DNA of 64,000 nucleotides from Albugo candida (Eukaryota): NCBI GenBank assembly GCA_040437565.1, contig JBDOQK010000007.1, positions 558,001 to 622,000 of the forward strand, read 5' to 3'. Shown piece by piece: positions 1 to 12,147 of this stretch (position 1 is its first letter; each line of letters starts with the position of its first letter). The notes under the pieces were generated by a model. It saw only the letters and a program-made list of their open reading frames with translations, ran no database searches and was not told where the DNA came from. The position numbers and the translations under genes were made by a program.

Positions 1-913
1 CCTTTGCACCTTGGACTTCTCCCGCTCGAATTGGATATTCTCAGGCCTTTGATCCGATGAAAGCTCTCCTTTCAAAGCCTTTATCTTGCGATTTGTAACA
101 AAGTTTGGTTGAACCAGCCGTGCTGCTTTTCTATCAGATTGTGAATACGCAAGAGCCATTTCTTCTCTGCTCTTCTCAAGCTGACGTTCATCAGCCTCCA
201 CAGAAATTTTCATTTCATCTTTCAATGAAAAGTCACTTTTCTTATAATCATTGTTGGAACTTGTGATGGATATACGTTCTATCGATTCCGCATCTTTTCT
301 ATGGAGCTGAGAATCTACAGCAAACATCCATTCAGCCGTTTTACGATTACCAACTTCGTTTTGACGTTCATAATCAGTCACATGTCGTTGTAAATTGATA
401 AGCTCGGCATTCATTTGAGCTATTGTACGCTCAAGGCTGTACAAACCCTCTTCCTTATTCTGTCTGAAGACGCTGTGGAACTTTAAGGTATCTGATAATT
501 TTATATCTATCCGATCATCAACATCTTTCGCAAATGACTGGAATCGATCGATAATCCTCTCTTCCACAGTCTGACATTGCTTCTTTATGTCCGATACAAT
601 CGACTACCTTATATACATCAAATTTGAGATAAGCACAAGTTGAAGTGCTGCTTGCCTTGTAAAGCGACTTTTCTCGTTGGGACTTTTGTATCGAATCATT
701 TGCCTCCATATCATCCTTTTTCTTTACCAGCTTGATCATAGCTTCCTTGGCACGGTCAACAAGTAAGATTGCTGCAGATTGCGATATCTGTTCGCGAAAG
801 CAATGTTCAGCTTGTTACACTTAGACAGAAATCACTCAAAATTACCAAACCTTCGTTGACATCGCGGCATCAAGCTGCACGGTAGACACTAAAGTCGCAA
901 AACGTTCGTTCAT
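1..913 (-). CDS. Partial, spliced coiled-coil-rich hypothetical protein running off the left edge
   Basis: ORF 518-739 plus open minus-strand frames at 1-500 rich in E/K/R/Q; candidate ATG near 913 (MNERFATL...). Exon boundaries not resolved. Confidence 0.4.
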
Positions 914-1133
914 TTCTCGTGCATTTCGTTGGGTACACTTTGCACTCTCTCGAAGTTCCTTTATTTGCTCTTTGAGACCAGTTACTTCACGCCAAAGAAA
1001 ATTCGCGTCTGCGCAGCATTTTCAGTCTATGTCTTACAAGCGCGTTGCGTGGCGCACCTGCAATCCCTACAGACATGTTCCAAGTTTGTCGGTCTCACGT
1101 TATGTTCATCGAACCTAAAAAAGAACAAGTCAC

Positions 1134-2639
1134 ATGATCGCGTCGAGTTTGCGTTCCGTTAGGCATCACTATCTATATAAAATCAATATAAATCGCTCTA
1201 ATTTTCGACATGCCGCATTATACACTGAATATACGCATTCCAAGATCGTCACTGAGAAGATTCCAGGACCAAAGTCGCTAGAGCGAATAAATAAGCTCAA
1301 TCGTCGACAGAATACATCCACAATCCAATATTTAGTCGATTACGAAGCAAGCTATGGCAACTATCTTGTGGACTTGGATGGAAATCGGTTCCTTGATGTC
1401 TATGGACAGATCGGATCGATTCCGCTTGGTTATAATCATCCTGGGATACTCAAAATGTTGCGAGATGAGAAAAATCTACCTTTATTGGCACAAAGACCTA
1501 GCTTGGGCCTATTTCCACCTTGGGATTGGGATGAAAGACTGGAGAGGACTTTAGGAAAGATTGCGCCGAAAGGACTGGGCGAAATCAACACTCAGATGTG
1601 TGGTTCATGTTCCAATGAAAATGCTTTTAAAGCCGCATTTATCTGGTTTCGAACAAATCAGAGAGGTGGAAAACCTCCTTCAGTGGATGATTTGGAGAGC
1701 TCTATGAAAAATAACTCTCCAGGGGCTCCGAACTTGGGTATACTGTCATTTGAAGGAGGTTTTCACGGACGACTTCTTGGATGCTTATCGACAACACATT
1801 CAAATCCGATTCACAAAGTCGACATCCCGGCTTTTGACTGGCCTGTTGCACCATTCCCAGAACTCAGGTATCCTCTCGAGGAACACCAACATTACAACGC
1901 AGCAGAGGAAAATCGATGTCTTGAAAAAACAGAGCAGATTTTACATAATTGTAATCAGCAACTTTTAGGAAAAGATGAAATCACTATTGCTGGGATGATA
2001 GTCGAACCAATCCAAGCAGAAGGTGGAGATCGACACGCAAGCAGGGAATTCTTTTGTGCACTTCGTGCGTTGGCTACAAAGTACGGTGTTGCATTCATTG
2101 TAGACGAAGTACAAACTGGTGGCGGTGCGACTGGGAAATTCTGGGCTCATGAAGACTGGCAGCTACTCGATCCTCCAGATATTGTAACATTTAGCAAGAA
2201 ACTACAAACTGGAGGATATTACTGCAAAGAAGAGTTTCGTCCGAAAGAAGGATATCGAATATTTAATACATGGATGGGTGACCCAGCAAAGCTTCTCATG
2301 CTCGAAGGTTTCCTGCATGCATTGGACCACCAAAATTTGATTAAAAAAACCAACACTACAGGATTGTATCTCGAGAGAGGTCTTCAACAAATGGCAATCA
2401 CATATCCGAGTATTTTGACGAATGTTAGAGGTCGAGGGACATTTCTAGCCATGGATCTTCCATCGGAATCTTCCAGAAACAGCTTTCTTGAGAGACTTCG
2501 ACATCTAGGAATGACATGCGGTGGTTGTGGAACAAAGTCAATTCGACTTCGACCGGCGTTGATTTTCGATACAGTTCACGCTACAGAGTGTCTAGGAATA
2601 TTCGAAGTTGCCTGCAAACAGACGCTTACGAGTAGATAG
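1134..2639 (+). CDS. ABAT: 4-aminobutyrate aminotransferase (GABA-T), animal/fungal type, probably mitochondrial
   Basis: MCGSCSNENAFK, GFHGRLLG, IVEPIQAEGGD, FIVDEVQTGGG, PLP lysine in TFSKK; basic N-terminal extension. Confidence 0.95.
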   Translation: MIASSLRSVRHHYLYKININRSNFRHAALYTEYTHSKIVTEKIPGPKSLERINKLNRRQNTSTIQYLVDYEASYGNYLVDLDGNRFLDVYGQIGSIPLGYNHPGILKMLRDEKNLPLLAQRPSLGLFPPWDWDERLERTLGKIAPKGLGEINTQMCGSCSNENAFKAAFIWFRTNQRGGKPPSVDDLESSMKNNSPGAPNLGILSFEGGFHGRLLGCLSTTHSNPIHKVDIPAFDWPVAPFPELRYPLEEHQHYNAAEENRCLEKTEQILHNCNQQLLGKDEITIAGMIVEPIQAEGGDRHASREFFCALRALATKYGVAFIVDEVQTGGGATGKFWAHEDWQLLDPPDIVTFSKKLQTGGYYCKEEFRPKEGYRIFNTWMGDPAKLLMLEGFLHALDHQNLIKKTNTTGLYLERGLQQMAITYPSILTNVRGRGTFLAMDLPSESSRNSFLERLRHLGMTCGGCGTKSIRLRPALIFDTVHATECLGIFEVACKQTLTSR

Positions 2640-2813
2640 TAGACGTGATGAGATGTAGTACCAAAAGATGTTTAGCATACGCCCTCTCTTCCTTCACTTG
2701 AACAATGGAAAAGAATTGCTGACCCAGGTTTGATCAGCTGTCGATATAGCTTTGTCTTATTTTTGGGCTATTTATGTGAGTCAACACGGTACTATCGATG
2801 CTCATCATTTCCA

Positions 2814-4127
2814 ATGATTTCTTCACGAGCCAAAGTACCATCTTCTGCCACACTTTTTGATGCGTCAAAGTCTATCTCGGGAAACAAAGTTGCATTGGAG
2901 TCAAAAACGTCGAGATTTCCGACGAAACAGCAGCGAGAAAGCACACGCAAAGCCTCAAGCAACAAAAAATCACTTAAAGGAGATGAACCTCACCTTGGAA
3001 ATACAACCCGGAAGAAACGAGAAGCATTTCTTTCTGATCAGAAACCTCAAAAAAAAGTGAAAACACAGCGAAAGCCTGCACCCTTGAAATCGTCACTTGT
3101 TCCCGGGAAAGCAATCCCGCTTTCACCACAACGTTTAGAGAATGTCGCGAAAAGCTTCATAGAGCTAGATGTAGTCGAAGTCTATAAAACTATTCGGAAG
3201 CAAACAGGAGCATTGGGTGGGAATGCTGCAGGAGGAGCAATTTATGGTGAGATAACACGTAATTCTTTCCAGCGAGTTGTCGATTTTCTTAAGATCAATT
3301 GCGATTTTTCCGAAACCTCGCTGTTCTTGGACGTTGGTTCGGGTCTAGGAAAGCCAAGCTTTCACGTTTCCATTGATCCCGGTGTAGAAATTTCATTCGG
3401 AATCGAATTGGAAGAGATTCGATGGCATTTGTCCCTCCACAACCTCAAAAGTATTTTACTCCTGGAAAAAAATAGATCGAAACGAGCTTGTATGATGTTT
3501 TCCATGGGAGATATCACGAATGCTGCAACGTTGAATCCTTTCTCGCACGTATATAGCTTTGATGTCGGCTTTCCACCTGATGTTATGGATAAATATGCAG
3601 CAATTTACAACCTGAGTGATGCTCCATTCTTGGTTAGCTTTCATGGTCCTCGCAAGATCATTGAATTGTACCAATTTGCAGTCGAATGTATGGGGCAGAT
3701 TGTAACCTCGATGGCTGGATCTAGTGAAGTGCATACGTGCTACTTTTACCGAAGGCATTCACAACCAATTTGCCCACAAGACGATACAGAGCAGAATCCC
3801 GTGGAAACTGAAAAGCGTATAGGCTTGATAGAAGAGGAATTTGACGATATACCGATCAAATTGCTCAGTGTTGATCCCATTTTCCAATCAGGATTCGAGA
3901 TAATAAATCGTGGTCATGATGGAGTTATCGCATGGATCGAAAGCTTTTTCGGACAACAGCTATGTAATGGCCGCACACGTAGGCAAAAAGCGTTGAGCGC
4001 ACGGCTCGCCGATGAAGTCAAGTATGAGCAACGCCAATTGCAGTCTTATTATCGTGTCGTAGGAAATAAAAGGGCGTTCGATGATGTTGCAAAAAACTGT
4101 GGCACCTATAAAACCAAAAAAGAATGA
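2814..4127 (+). CDS. DOT1-like histone H3K79 methyltransferase
   Basis: IYGEIT followed by SAM motif FLDVGSGLGK and SFGIEL; Lys-rich N-terminus. First in-frame ATG at 2814. Confidence 0.7.
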   Translation: MISSRAKVPSSATLFDASKSISGNKVALESKTSRFPTKQQRESTRKASSNKKSLKGDEPHLGNTTRKKREAFLSDQKPQKKVKTQRKPAPLKSSLVPGKAIPLSPQRLENVAKSFIELDVVEVYKTIRKQTGALGGNAAGGAIYGEITRNSFQRVVDFLKINCDFSETSLFLDVGSGLGKPSFHVSIDPGVEISFGIELEEIRWHLSLHNLKSILLLEKNRSKRACMMFSMGDITNAATLNPFSHVYSFDVGFPPDVMDKYAAIYNLSDAPFLVSFHGPRKIIELYQFAVECMGQIVTSMAGSSEVHTCYFYRRHSQPICPQDDTEQNPVETEKRIGLIEEEFDDIPIKLLSVDPIFQSGFEIINRGHDGVIAWIESFFGQQLCNGRTRRQKALSARLADEVKYEQRQLQSYYRVVGNKRAFDDVAKNCGTYKTKKE

Positions 4128-4208
4128 ATAGATATCGATCAAATGTTGGTGTGTATAACCCGTTTCTCACTCCGTTTACGTTAAGTCTCTGTTCTTCTGC
4201 TTTATCTC

Positions 4209-7155
4209 TTATAAACCTTGAGCATTAGATGACGATCGTTGTTGTGCTTCCCACAAATATGATCGCGCAACCCCTACTTTTAACTTGAGTAACCGATTTT
4301 CTTCACAGAGTTGATCTAATCGACGATCGATGTCTGCCACAATAGAAGTATCACTCAAGCTGCGGCACTTGAATCCAAGAGCTTTCAACGTCGTTGCCAA
4401 GCGCGAAGAGATTTCGTCATTTCGATTGCGTAAAATTGCTACACGAGGCTAGAACCAATTAGCAAAAAAGGGAATTATGGTTTTGTATACCCGCTCGTCT
4501 TACTTCGATAGCTTGGATCGAATTCTTGTTTCTATCGTTTTGCCGATTGAGTCGATGAAGTAGCTGTATACGATCACCAAGGGCACGGCTGAATTTTTTC
4601 TCCAGTGCTTTGATTTTTTGGCTCTCATCTTTCTGAAGCTAAGCAAAATAGCTTCATTATTCCATCATATAATTGCTCAAAATAACAACGATCCATGCCT
4701 GGGAAAGCAATGTCAACCTTTGCCGAGTCGGTGGCCTCAAATACCCTTCCAGTCCTTCGTAACGCCGTAATGCAGCCAAGTGTACACGCCACGGACAATC
4801 ATGAATGTGATGATTGGGTGCTAGTTGGGATCGAAGTGTTTCCAATCTGCGCCTGACTCTCTCGACTTCTTCTATCCATACAGCTTTTGAAACTGTCGGT
4901 AAGATGTAACCACGGCCTTCCAATTCATCCTTTTTCTTGCCAGCCCGATCATGTGTACGAGCAAGATAGGTGCAATCCACATTGATGGAAGGTAGTGATA
5001 GTGTGGCTTCATCGCAGTCAGTACTCGTAGAGGACGTCGTTAAATCTTCGTCTGGGTGGCTATCTCTCAGGTGATTGTGATTGTATATCGGTCTGTAAAA
5101 AGCATGAATTCTCACCGCTTCATCACATAGTGAGTTGAGAAACACGCAAACAAAATACCCTGACCCAGGAACGAGCGTCTGAACCATGATTTGCCGAAGC
5201 GATGGATTGACTCTTTCTGCTAAAGCTATTAGCGTCTGCAGAGCACGTATGCGGGGCTGTCTCATTAACTCTTCAACCTCGCAGTAGAGAACCAATCCGA
5301 TCTTCTTTANNNNNNNNNNNNNNNNNNNNNNNNNNNNNNNNNNNNNNNNNNNNNNNNNNNNNNNNNNNNNNNNNNNNNNNNNNNNNNNNNNNNNNNNNNN
5401 NNNNNNNNNGGCTATCTCTCAGGTGATTGTGATTGTATATCGGTCTGTAAAAAGCATGAATTCTCACCGCTTCATCACATAGTGAGTTGAGAAACACGCA
5501 AACAAAATACCCTGACCCAGGAACGAGCGTCTGAACCATGATTTGCCGAAGCGATGGATTGACTCTTTCTGCTAAAGCTATTAGCGTCTGCAGAGCACGT
5601 ATGCGGGGCTGTCTCATTAACTCTTCAACCTCGCAGTAGAGAACCAATCCGATCTTCTTTAAAAGCCAAAGAGAACATGCGCACATTTCCTCAAATCTTT
5701 CATCGGATCTTCTGTCTTCATGCTTTAATTCTGTCATAAAAAAGTCTGGCGGTATCGAATCTACGCATTGTGGTTTGTATCGTAATAAACCAAGTTTGTC
5801 CAGCACCGCTTCCATTAGTACTGTCGTCTTGTGTTGTCGACTATGCGTCTCTTCATCAGATAATTGTGCATTTCCTTCCGAGATGGTCGAATATCGGTCT
5901 TCGCCAGTTTCATTTGTTGCTGACAAAGCTTGCGACTCGATTGCCGTTGTGATAGTTTCCTTCCTATAATTTCTATGAACGTTGATACCGAAAGTACTTG
6001 TAGCTCGCTGACAGCATTCCCATACTCTATCAATGGACAATCGACTTGCAGCGTTTAGTGCTAACATTTGCGTAACCAGACCCCGTAATCTCTTGCTGTA
6101 CATCAAAGGTAGGGGTTCGTATTCACCCTTGTTGATCTTAATGAAAAGCCCATGGAGATTCAATCCGTCCGACTTGAAGGGATTCCGCAGCATGATTAGT
6201 TCATATAATATACATCCTAGCGACCATATATCGCTACTCCAATCATACGGTTCCCCTCGTAGCACCTCGGGGGACATATACAGCGGTGTTCCAACTTTCG
6301 AATGTGCCTCAAACGTATTTTCACTGAATTGCCGCCCCAATCCTAGATCCCCGAGTTTAATCTGACCTTCAGATGTCAGAAAAATATTGGCGGGCTTTAG
6401 ATCACGATGCATTATCCGTTTTTCCCGATGCAAGTATAATATTGCAGAACATAGTTGTGTAAAATATTTCCATATCGAAGCTTCGTCAAAACGGATATGT
6501 CTTTCGTTGGCTTTCCGTATCTGCCGCTTCAAATCGCCTGCCGATGCCCATTCAAATGCAATATAGAGCTCGCGCTCTTCGATAAATGTATCAGTATACT
6601 CGATTATACTTTTATGCTGAACTGACTGCACCAATCGGACCTCCTTTAGTGTTTTCTCACGTGCTACTGCATTCATTACATCAAAAATTGCAATTTTCTT
6701 CAAGGCAATCATTCGCGCATCAGCAATGTGTTCGGCCTTGTAAACTACAGAAAATTTTCCCTTACCAATGCGCCTTATCAANNNNNNNNNNNNNNNNNNN
6801 NNNNNNNNNNNNNNNNNNNNNNNNNNNNNNNNNNNNNNNNNNNNNNNNNNNNNNNNNNNNNNNNNNNNNNNNNNNNNNNNNGCTCTTCGATAAATGTATC
6901 AGTATACTCGATTATACTTTTATGCTGAACTGACTGCACCAATCGGACCTCCTTTAGTGTTTTCTCACGTGCTACTGCATTCATTACATCAAAAATTGCA
7001 ATTTTCTTCAAGGCAATCATTCGCGCATCAGCAATGTGTTCGGCCTTGTAAACTACAGAAAATTTTCCCTTACCAATGCGCCTTATCAATCGGTAGTCAC
7101 TCAGTCGACCACCATGTTCAAATAACAATCGCTGTTGTACAGTGAGAAGCTCCAT
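4209..7155 (-). CDS. NIMA-related (NEK6/7-like) Ser/Thr kinase fused to an IFT57-like C-terminal region; spliced at the 3' end; two assembly gaps duplicate internal segments
   Basis: Kinase motifs IGKGKFSVVY, MHRDLKPANIF, KLGDLGLG, VGTPLYMSPE. Downstream LMEAVLDKLGLLRY, GSGYFVCVFLNSLCDEAV, FYRPIY, WIEEVERV and PWRVHL resemble IFT57. Confidence 0.85.
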
Positions 7156-8499
7156 GAAATCGAATAGCAGCCACTAAATTCTTCTTTCAGTTGCCATATT
7201 GAGTAGGTAAGTGAAGAGGCACTTGGCAGTAAAAGGCGACAATGCTACTGCGTCGGGTTCAGATAAATCTATTAGAATTAAACCCTTCGCTATATCAGCC
7301 AATGGCCAGCACCCCACCCCTATACAAATCGCGATGCCCTTGCTGAAGTTACACAAGCATCGTACTTTTTAAACCTGTGTGAAGAGATCTGAGAAGGAAG
7401 CATATGCAGCGCTGAACGTTCCTCATAATTCATTTTCGCATCGACCACTTCTTTTCGCCTATGTGCCAGAAATGATGCAGCANNNNNNNNNNNNNNNNNN
7501 NNNNNNNNNNNNNNNNNNNNNNNNNNNNNNNNNNNNNNNNNNNNNNNNNNNNNNNNNNNNNNNNNNNNNNNNNNNNNNNNNNGCTGAAGTTACACAAGCA
7601 TCGTACTTTTTAAACCTGTGTGAAGAGATCTGAGAAGGAAGCATATGCAGCGCTGAACGTTCCTCATAATTCATTTTCGCATCGACCACTTCTTTTCGCC
7701 TATGTGCCAGAAATGATGCAGCAAGACTATTTGAAAATTTAAAGCCACTCATTTATATCTTTAGCTCAAGCGCTTATCCTCTTTGTGCATGCACAACATC
7801 ACCGCTGCGCAAGATTTCTTGTTCAGCAACGTCGAAAACCATAGATATATTACGACATTGTCTGGCTACGATAGCTTCTCCTATCGAGTGATGTCAAACC
7901 CATCATGCAAAGAGACTTGAGGGAATCTATATTTATGTAAGTACGCTTGTATTCCTACGGACGTATTCTCTCCTCACTTTGAAGTTGACCTTGTGCATTT
8001 TATGCGACCTAAATTTAGCAACACAACAGCCGGCCGTCGATGATGAAGCGTGTTGGAGGAGGATACATCCTTCGAAAGGCTCCGACATCACCAGTACCAG
8101 CGACTACAGCAAATCGACATGAAGCAGCTTNNNNNNNNNNNNNNNNNNNNNNNNNNNNNNNNNNNNNNNNNNNNNNNNNNNNNNNNNNNNNNNNNNNNNN
8201 NNNNNNNNNNNNNNNNNNNNNNNNNNNNNNTCATTTATATCTTTAGCTCAAGCGCTTATCCTCTTTGTGCATGCACAACATCACCGCTGCGCAAGATTTC
8301 TTGTTCAGCAACGTCGAAAACCATAGATATATTACGACATTGTCTGGCTACGATAGCTTCTCCTATCGAGTGATGTCAAACCCATCATGCAAAGAGACTT
8401 GAGGGAATCTATATTTATGTAAGTACGCTTGTATTCCTACGGACGTATTCTCTCCTCACTTTGAAGTTGACCTTGTGCATTTTATGCGACCTAAATTTA

Positions 8500-9573
8500 G
8501 CAACACAACAGCCGGCCGTCGATGATGAAGCGTGTTGGAGGAGGATACATCCTTCGAAAGGCTCCGACATCACCAGTACCAGCGACTACAGCAAATCGAC
8601 ATGAAGCAGCTTCAACGAGGCAACAAATTCGAACGGCCCGCCGCAACAATCGAAATACAGGAACTTCAGTGCGGCCAGAAACTAGAACGAACCAATAGGA
8701 AGCGAAACAGGAAGAATTGGCGCTCTTGCTTAAGAACACGACAGCAAAACTTCAACAAGCGACTGAAGAAGTACATCAGCTCAAGAAGAGGAACGAGGAC
8801 TTGTCGTTCGCACTGGTCAGCACGACGAAGAACTATGATGACGCCATGTAGTACATTCTGTCTGCTCATAGCACAATCAAGGACCTACACCTGCGACTGG
8901 ATGCGAATGTGCTGCGAAATCTCAAGAATTAGATCAAGATGAAGGAAGCCACCAANNNNNNNNNNNNNNNNNNNNNNNNNNNNNNNNNNNNNNNNNNNNN
9001 NNNNNNNNNNNNNNNNNNNNNNNNNNNNNNNNNNNNNNNNNNNNNNNNNNNNNNNACACGACAGCAAAACTTCAACAAGCGACTGAAGAAGTACATCAGC
9101 TCAAGAAGAGGAACGAGGACTTGTCGTTCGCACTGGTCAGCACGACGAAGAACTATGATGACGCCATGTAGTACATTCTGTCTGCTCATAGCACAATCAA
9201 GGACCTACACCTGCGACTGGATGCGAATGTGCTGCGAAATCTCAAGAATTAGATCAAGATGAAGGAAGCCACCAAGGAAAACAAGGAAGAAAGCGAAAAG
9301 GTGATGCAGCTGACGAGAGAGCTTGAAGAGGCAAAGAACGATATGGCTCAGATGACACGGAGGGTGGAAGCAACGAAGACATGCTTGGAGGACGAAGAAG
9401 TCAATGCGATTGAGGCAAACGAGACTTCTATCTCGATTAAATTACGCGAGACGCACAGTGTGATGGAAAACTGCGCATGCAACTTGGACAACGGTGAGGG
9501 CGAAGAGGATATCAAATACGATGTGGATTCAGCCAAGTATTTGTCAAAGACACCAACAAATGAGACGAACTAG
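8500..9573 (+). pseudogene. Degenerate coiled-coil protein coding sequence with frameshift and in-frame stops
   Basis: Heptad-like E/K/Q-rich translations (LEEDTSFERL..., EAKQEELALLLKN..., MKEATKENKEES...) switch frame and contain stops; partly duplicated across N gaps. Confidence 0.4.
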
Positions 9574-9575
9574 GT

Positions 9576-10800
9576 CAGAACGTACGTTGTGGGGCAACAG
9601 TACGAAGATAGTATGGTAAGGATTGGACAACGAGCGTAAAGGAGAACGCATACGAAGATGATGTAGACCGTAATAGGATTACGACGAAGAAGAGACGAAC
9701 GATCAAGTGGATTCGAACCAGCATGTTTTCGACGTTTTGGATTGCGGGGCGAATGATTGTAGAACATGCGCTGAGGAAGACGAGACGTAGGGCTTTGGAT
9801 CGGATGAAGTCTCTTTCGACCGAATAATTCTGGCTGAGTATTTCCATTCGAAATTACATACATAATTCGGCTTAAGATTAAGGTGAAGAAGGAACGAAAC
9901 ATTAAGTGAATGCAAAGAAGGAACGAAAGATCAAGTGAATGCAAAGAAGGAGATTCATTCGTTTTCACTTGTGAAGGATTGCGATTGCCTTTGTTTCTTT
10001 TCGAGTCTTCGAAGAATTTGACGAAGAGCGCTAGGGAGGATGAACGAGAAGACATTAAACCGGATCAGATTATAATTAATCCTAAGTACTCTGGCTGGGT
10101 ATTTCCTTACGAAACTCTATCGATAGCCCGGCTTACGATGAAGGTGAAGCAGGAACGAAAGATCAAGGCAATATAAATGAGAAGCTTGATTCTTTGGAGA
10201 AGAATTTGACTAAGAGCGCTAGGTAGGATGAAGGATGAATGGAAAGACATTAGATCGGAGCATGTTATAATTAATCCGAATTACTTAGGCTCGGTATTTT
10301 CTTACGAAACAACATCTATAAACCAGCTTGCGATGAAGGCGAAACACGAACGAAAGATCAAGGGAATCAAAGAAGGATATGCTCGGGCTATGGGAAAGCA
10401 GAGAGAAGGGTTGCTGCTGGAGTAGGAGTTGCAGAATTATTTTGGTCCTACATTGGGACAGGAACAGGTATCCTTGATTATTTCGCGCTTAAAGCTGGTG
10501 CAAAACACGTTTACGCTAGAAACCATCCCTCAGATGGAGAGTGTACTTCTATAGAATCGCTCTCTCAAAAAAATTCCATTCAAAACTACATATAGCGTGG
10601 TTTACCATAATCGGGAAGCAGGAACATAAGATCAAGTGAATAAAAAAGAAGATGCTCGAATCTTCGGCTAACGGGAAGATGACTTCGACAACGAGCGTTG
10701 AGGAGAAAGACTAGAAAGACGGTGAATTGGATCGGATTGAAAACAACACACGAAATTTTAATGAGATTTTTTCCAATCGAGTTCCAACAAAGTCAAAATC
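9576..10800 (+). repeat. Degenerate tandem repeat, about 190-bp unit, roughly five copies
   Basis: AGAATTTGAC.AAGAGCGCTAGG...GGAACGAAAGATCAAG recurs at about 10013-10167 and 10201-10361, with weaker copies near 9580-9710, 9760-9950 and 10610-10790. Confidence 0.7.
10441..10520 (+). pseudogene. Fragment of a protein arginine methyltransferase (SAM-binding motif I)
   Basis: 10452-10517 translates as IGTGTGILDYFALKAGAKHVYA, matching PRMT VLDVGxGTGILSxFAAKAGAKHVYA; no surrounding ORF. Confidence 0.7.
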
Positions 10801-11574
10801 GTTTCGAAAACAATGCCAAATAAAAGCATGATTACCAATTAAGACATATGGAGTAAGACGCAGTGCTTTTTATATCCGCATTGTTATTGTCGTCGCCTGC
10901 CGTTCGAGAATGTTATCAAACATGTGGTAAATGGCATCGAGCCCACGGAGAAGTAATGAGAAATTTGAAAAGGATTGAAGAGGCGTCATGGAATCTCTCA
11001 GTAGCTTAGAGAAATACTGAAAGTTTGCATGGGCAACAGATCTGAAACAAATCTGCTGAATTCGATCCAAGCTCTAATCAGGTCAGCGCAATTCTATCTT
11101 TCAACTCACCTTAATACAAATTTGATAGCGAGCAAATACGGAGCAGTTCATCTATAGGTATGGGTTGACTCCCACCTTCCATTTTCTGATTGAGTCGGAA
11201 ACGTTTGGCGAGTATACGAAAATCTTGTTTGATATTCAGCTGGTGTAGGTATCTTACTTCGACAATAACGCCACTTACAGTCAGGTAATGAACAAAATCG
11301 ATTCGATATGGTCAAAATATTACCGACTGATCGCAGTGGTTTTGTATCAATGTGAAACTAATTCTGAAAATATTGGCGCATCGGTGGAAGCATTAAGACC
11401 AAAACGCATTCATGCAAGACAATCGATACAGCATAACATTAAGAAATTAATTTCCTTGGACAGGGAGGTTTTTATTTGACTAGCTTATCCGTTTTGATAT
11501 TGTACCTAAGCCTTGGATCCCCTGATACGTCCAGCTATTTGTCGGCCAAAGAGATGTTGATCGGATTCCTCCAT

Positions 11575-11975
11575 ACGATCGCTGGGTGCATAATGTAATG
11601 TCGAGCTGAATATCCTTTGAAAACCAGAAACGAGATCGAGCTGGCAACACCCAAAACGCCAGACAAAACTGGTATTGGAAGATTAGCGTTCGCTTCCCCG
11701 TCTTGCAGCTCCAAGATCTAGTAAGATTCAAGGTCACGTTCATAAAAGTCTCCACCCCCAAATATTACGCTGACCGATGGGACTAAAGGAATTATAAGAC
11801 ATTCCTCAACGAGCACTTAATTATTTCGACACCAATGCAACTGTCGCTCTAAGAGACTTGAACGCTAAAACTGGAAAAAGAAGCATTCATTAGCTTATAT
11901 TCTTGCGGACACAGGAAAAAAACATATGCTGGTAACGACCTCTTCGTGTAGGATACGGCTTTCAAGACTCAATCT
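11575..11975 (+). mobile_element. Degenerate non-LTR retrotransposon (LINE) apurinic-like endonuclease remnant
   Basis: Broken translations PETR (QETR-like), KVTFIKVSTP (VYAP-like), LRDLNAKTG (LGDFNAKxG) and NDLFV*DTAFK (NxLxxxNTxF), in the expected order. Confidence 0.6.
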
Positions 11976-12147
11976 TTGATCAGACATTTTTTATGAGCTT
12001 AGAGGTAGATGGAAAATATAGAGCTAAATTTATTTGGTCATGTGTTCCTAGCTACCTTCTATGCCGTTTTCGATAAATCTCCCCGTCCATTCCAAAGCAT
12101 TCGGCTTTCCGCTTTAACAGTCGCGCTCTTTCAACAGTTATACTATG

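Noticed and set aside
9576-10800. CRISPR-like array
   Set aside because: Units are long and degenerate with no short constant repeat or unique spacers, no cas genes are present, and the context is eukaryotic.
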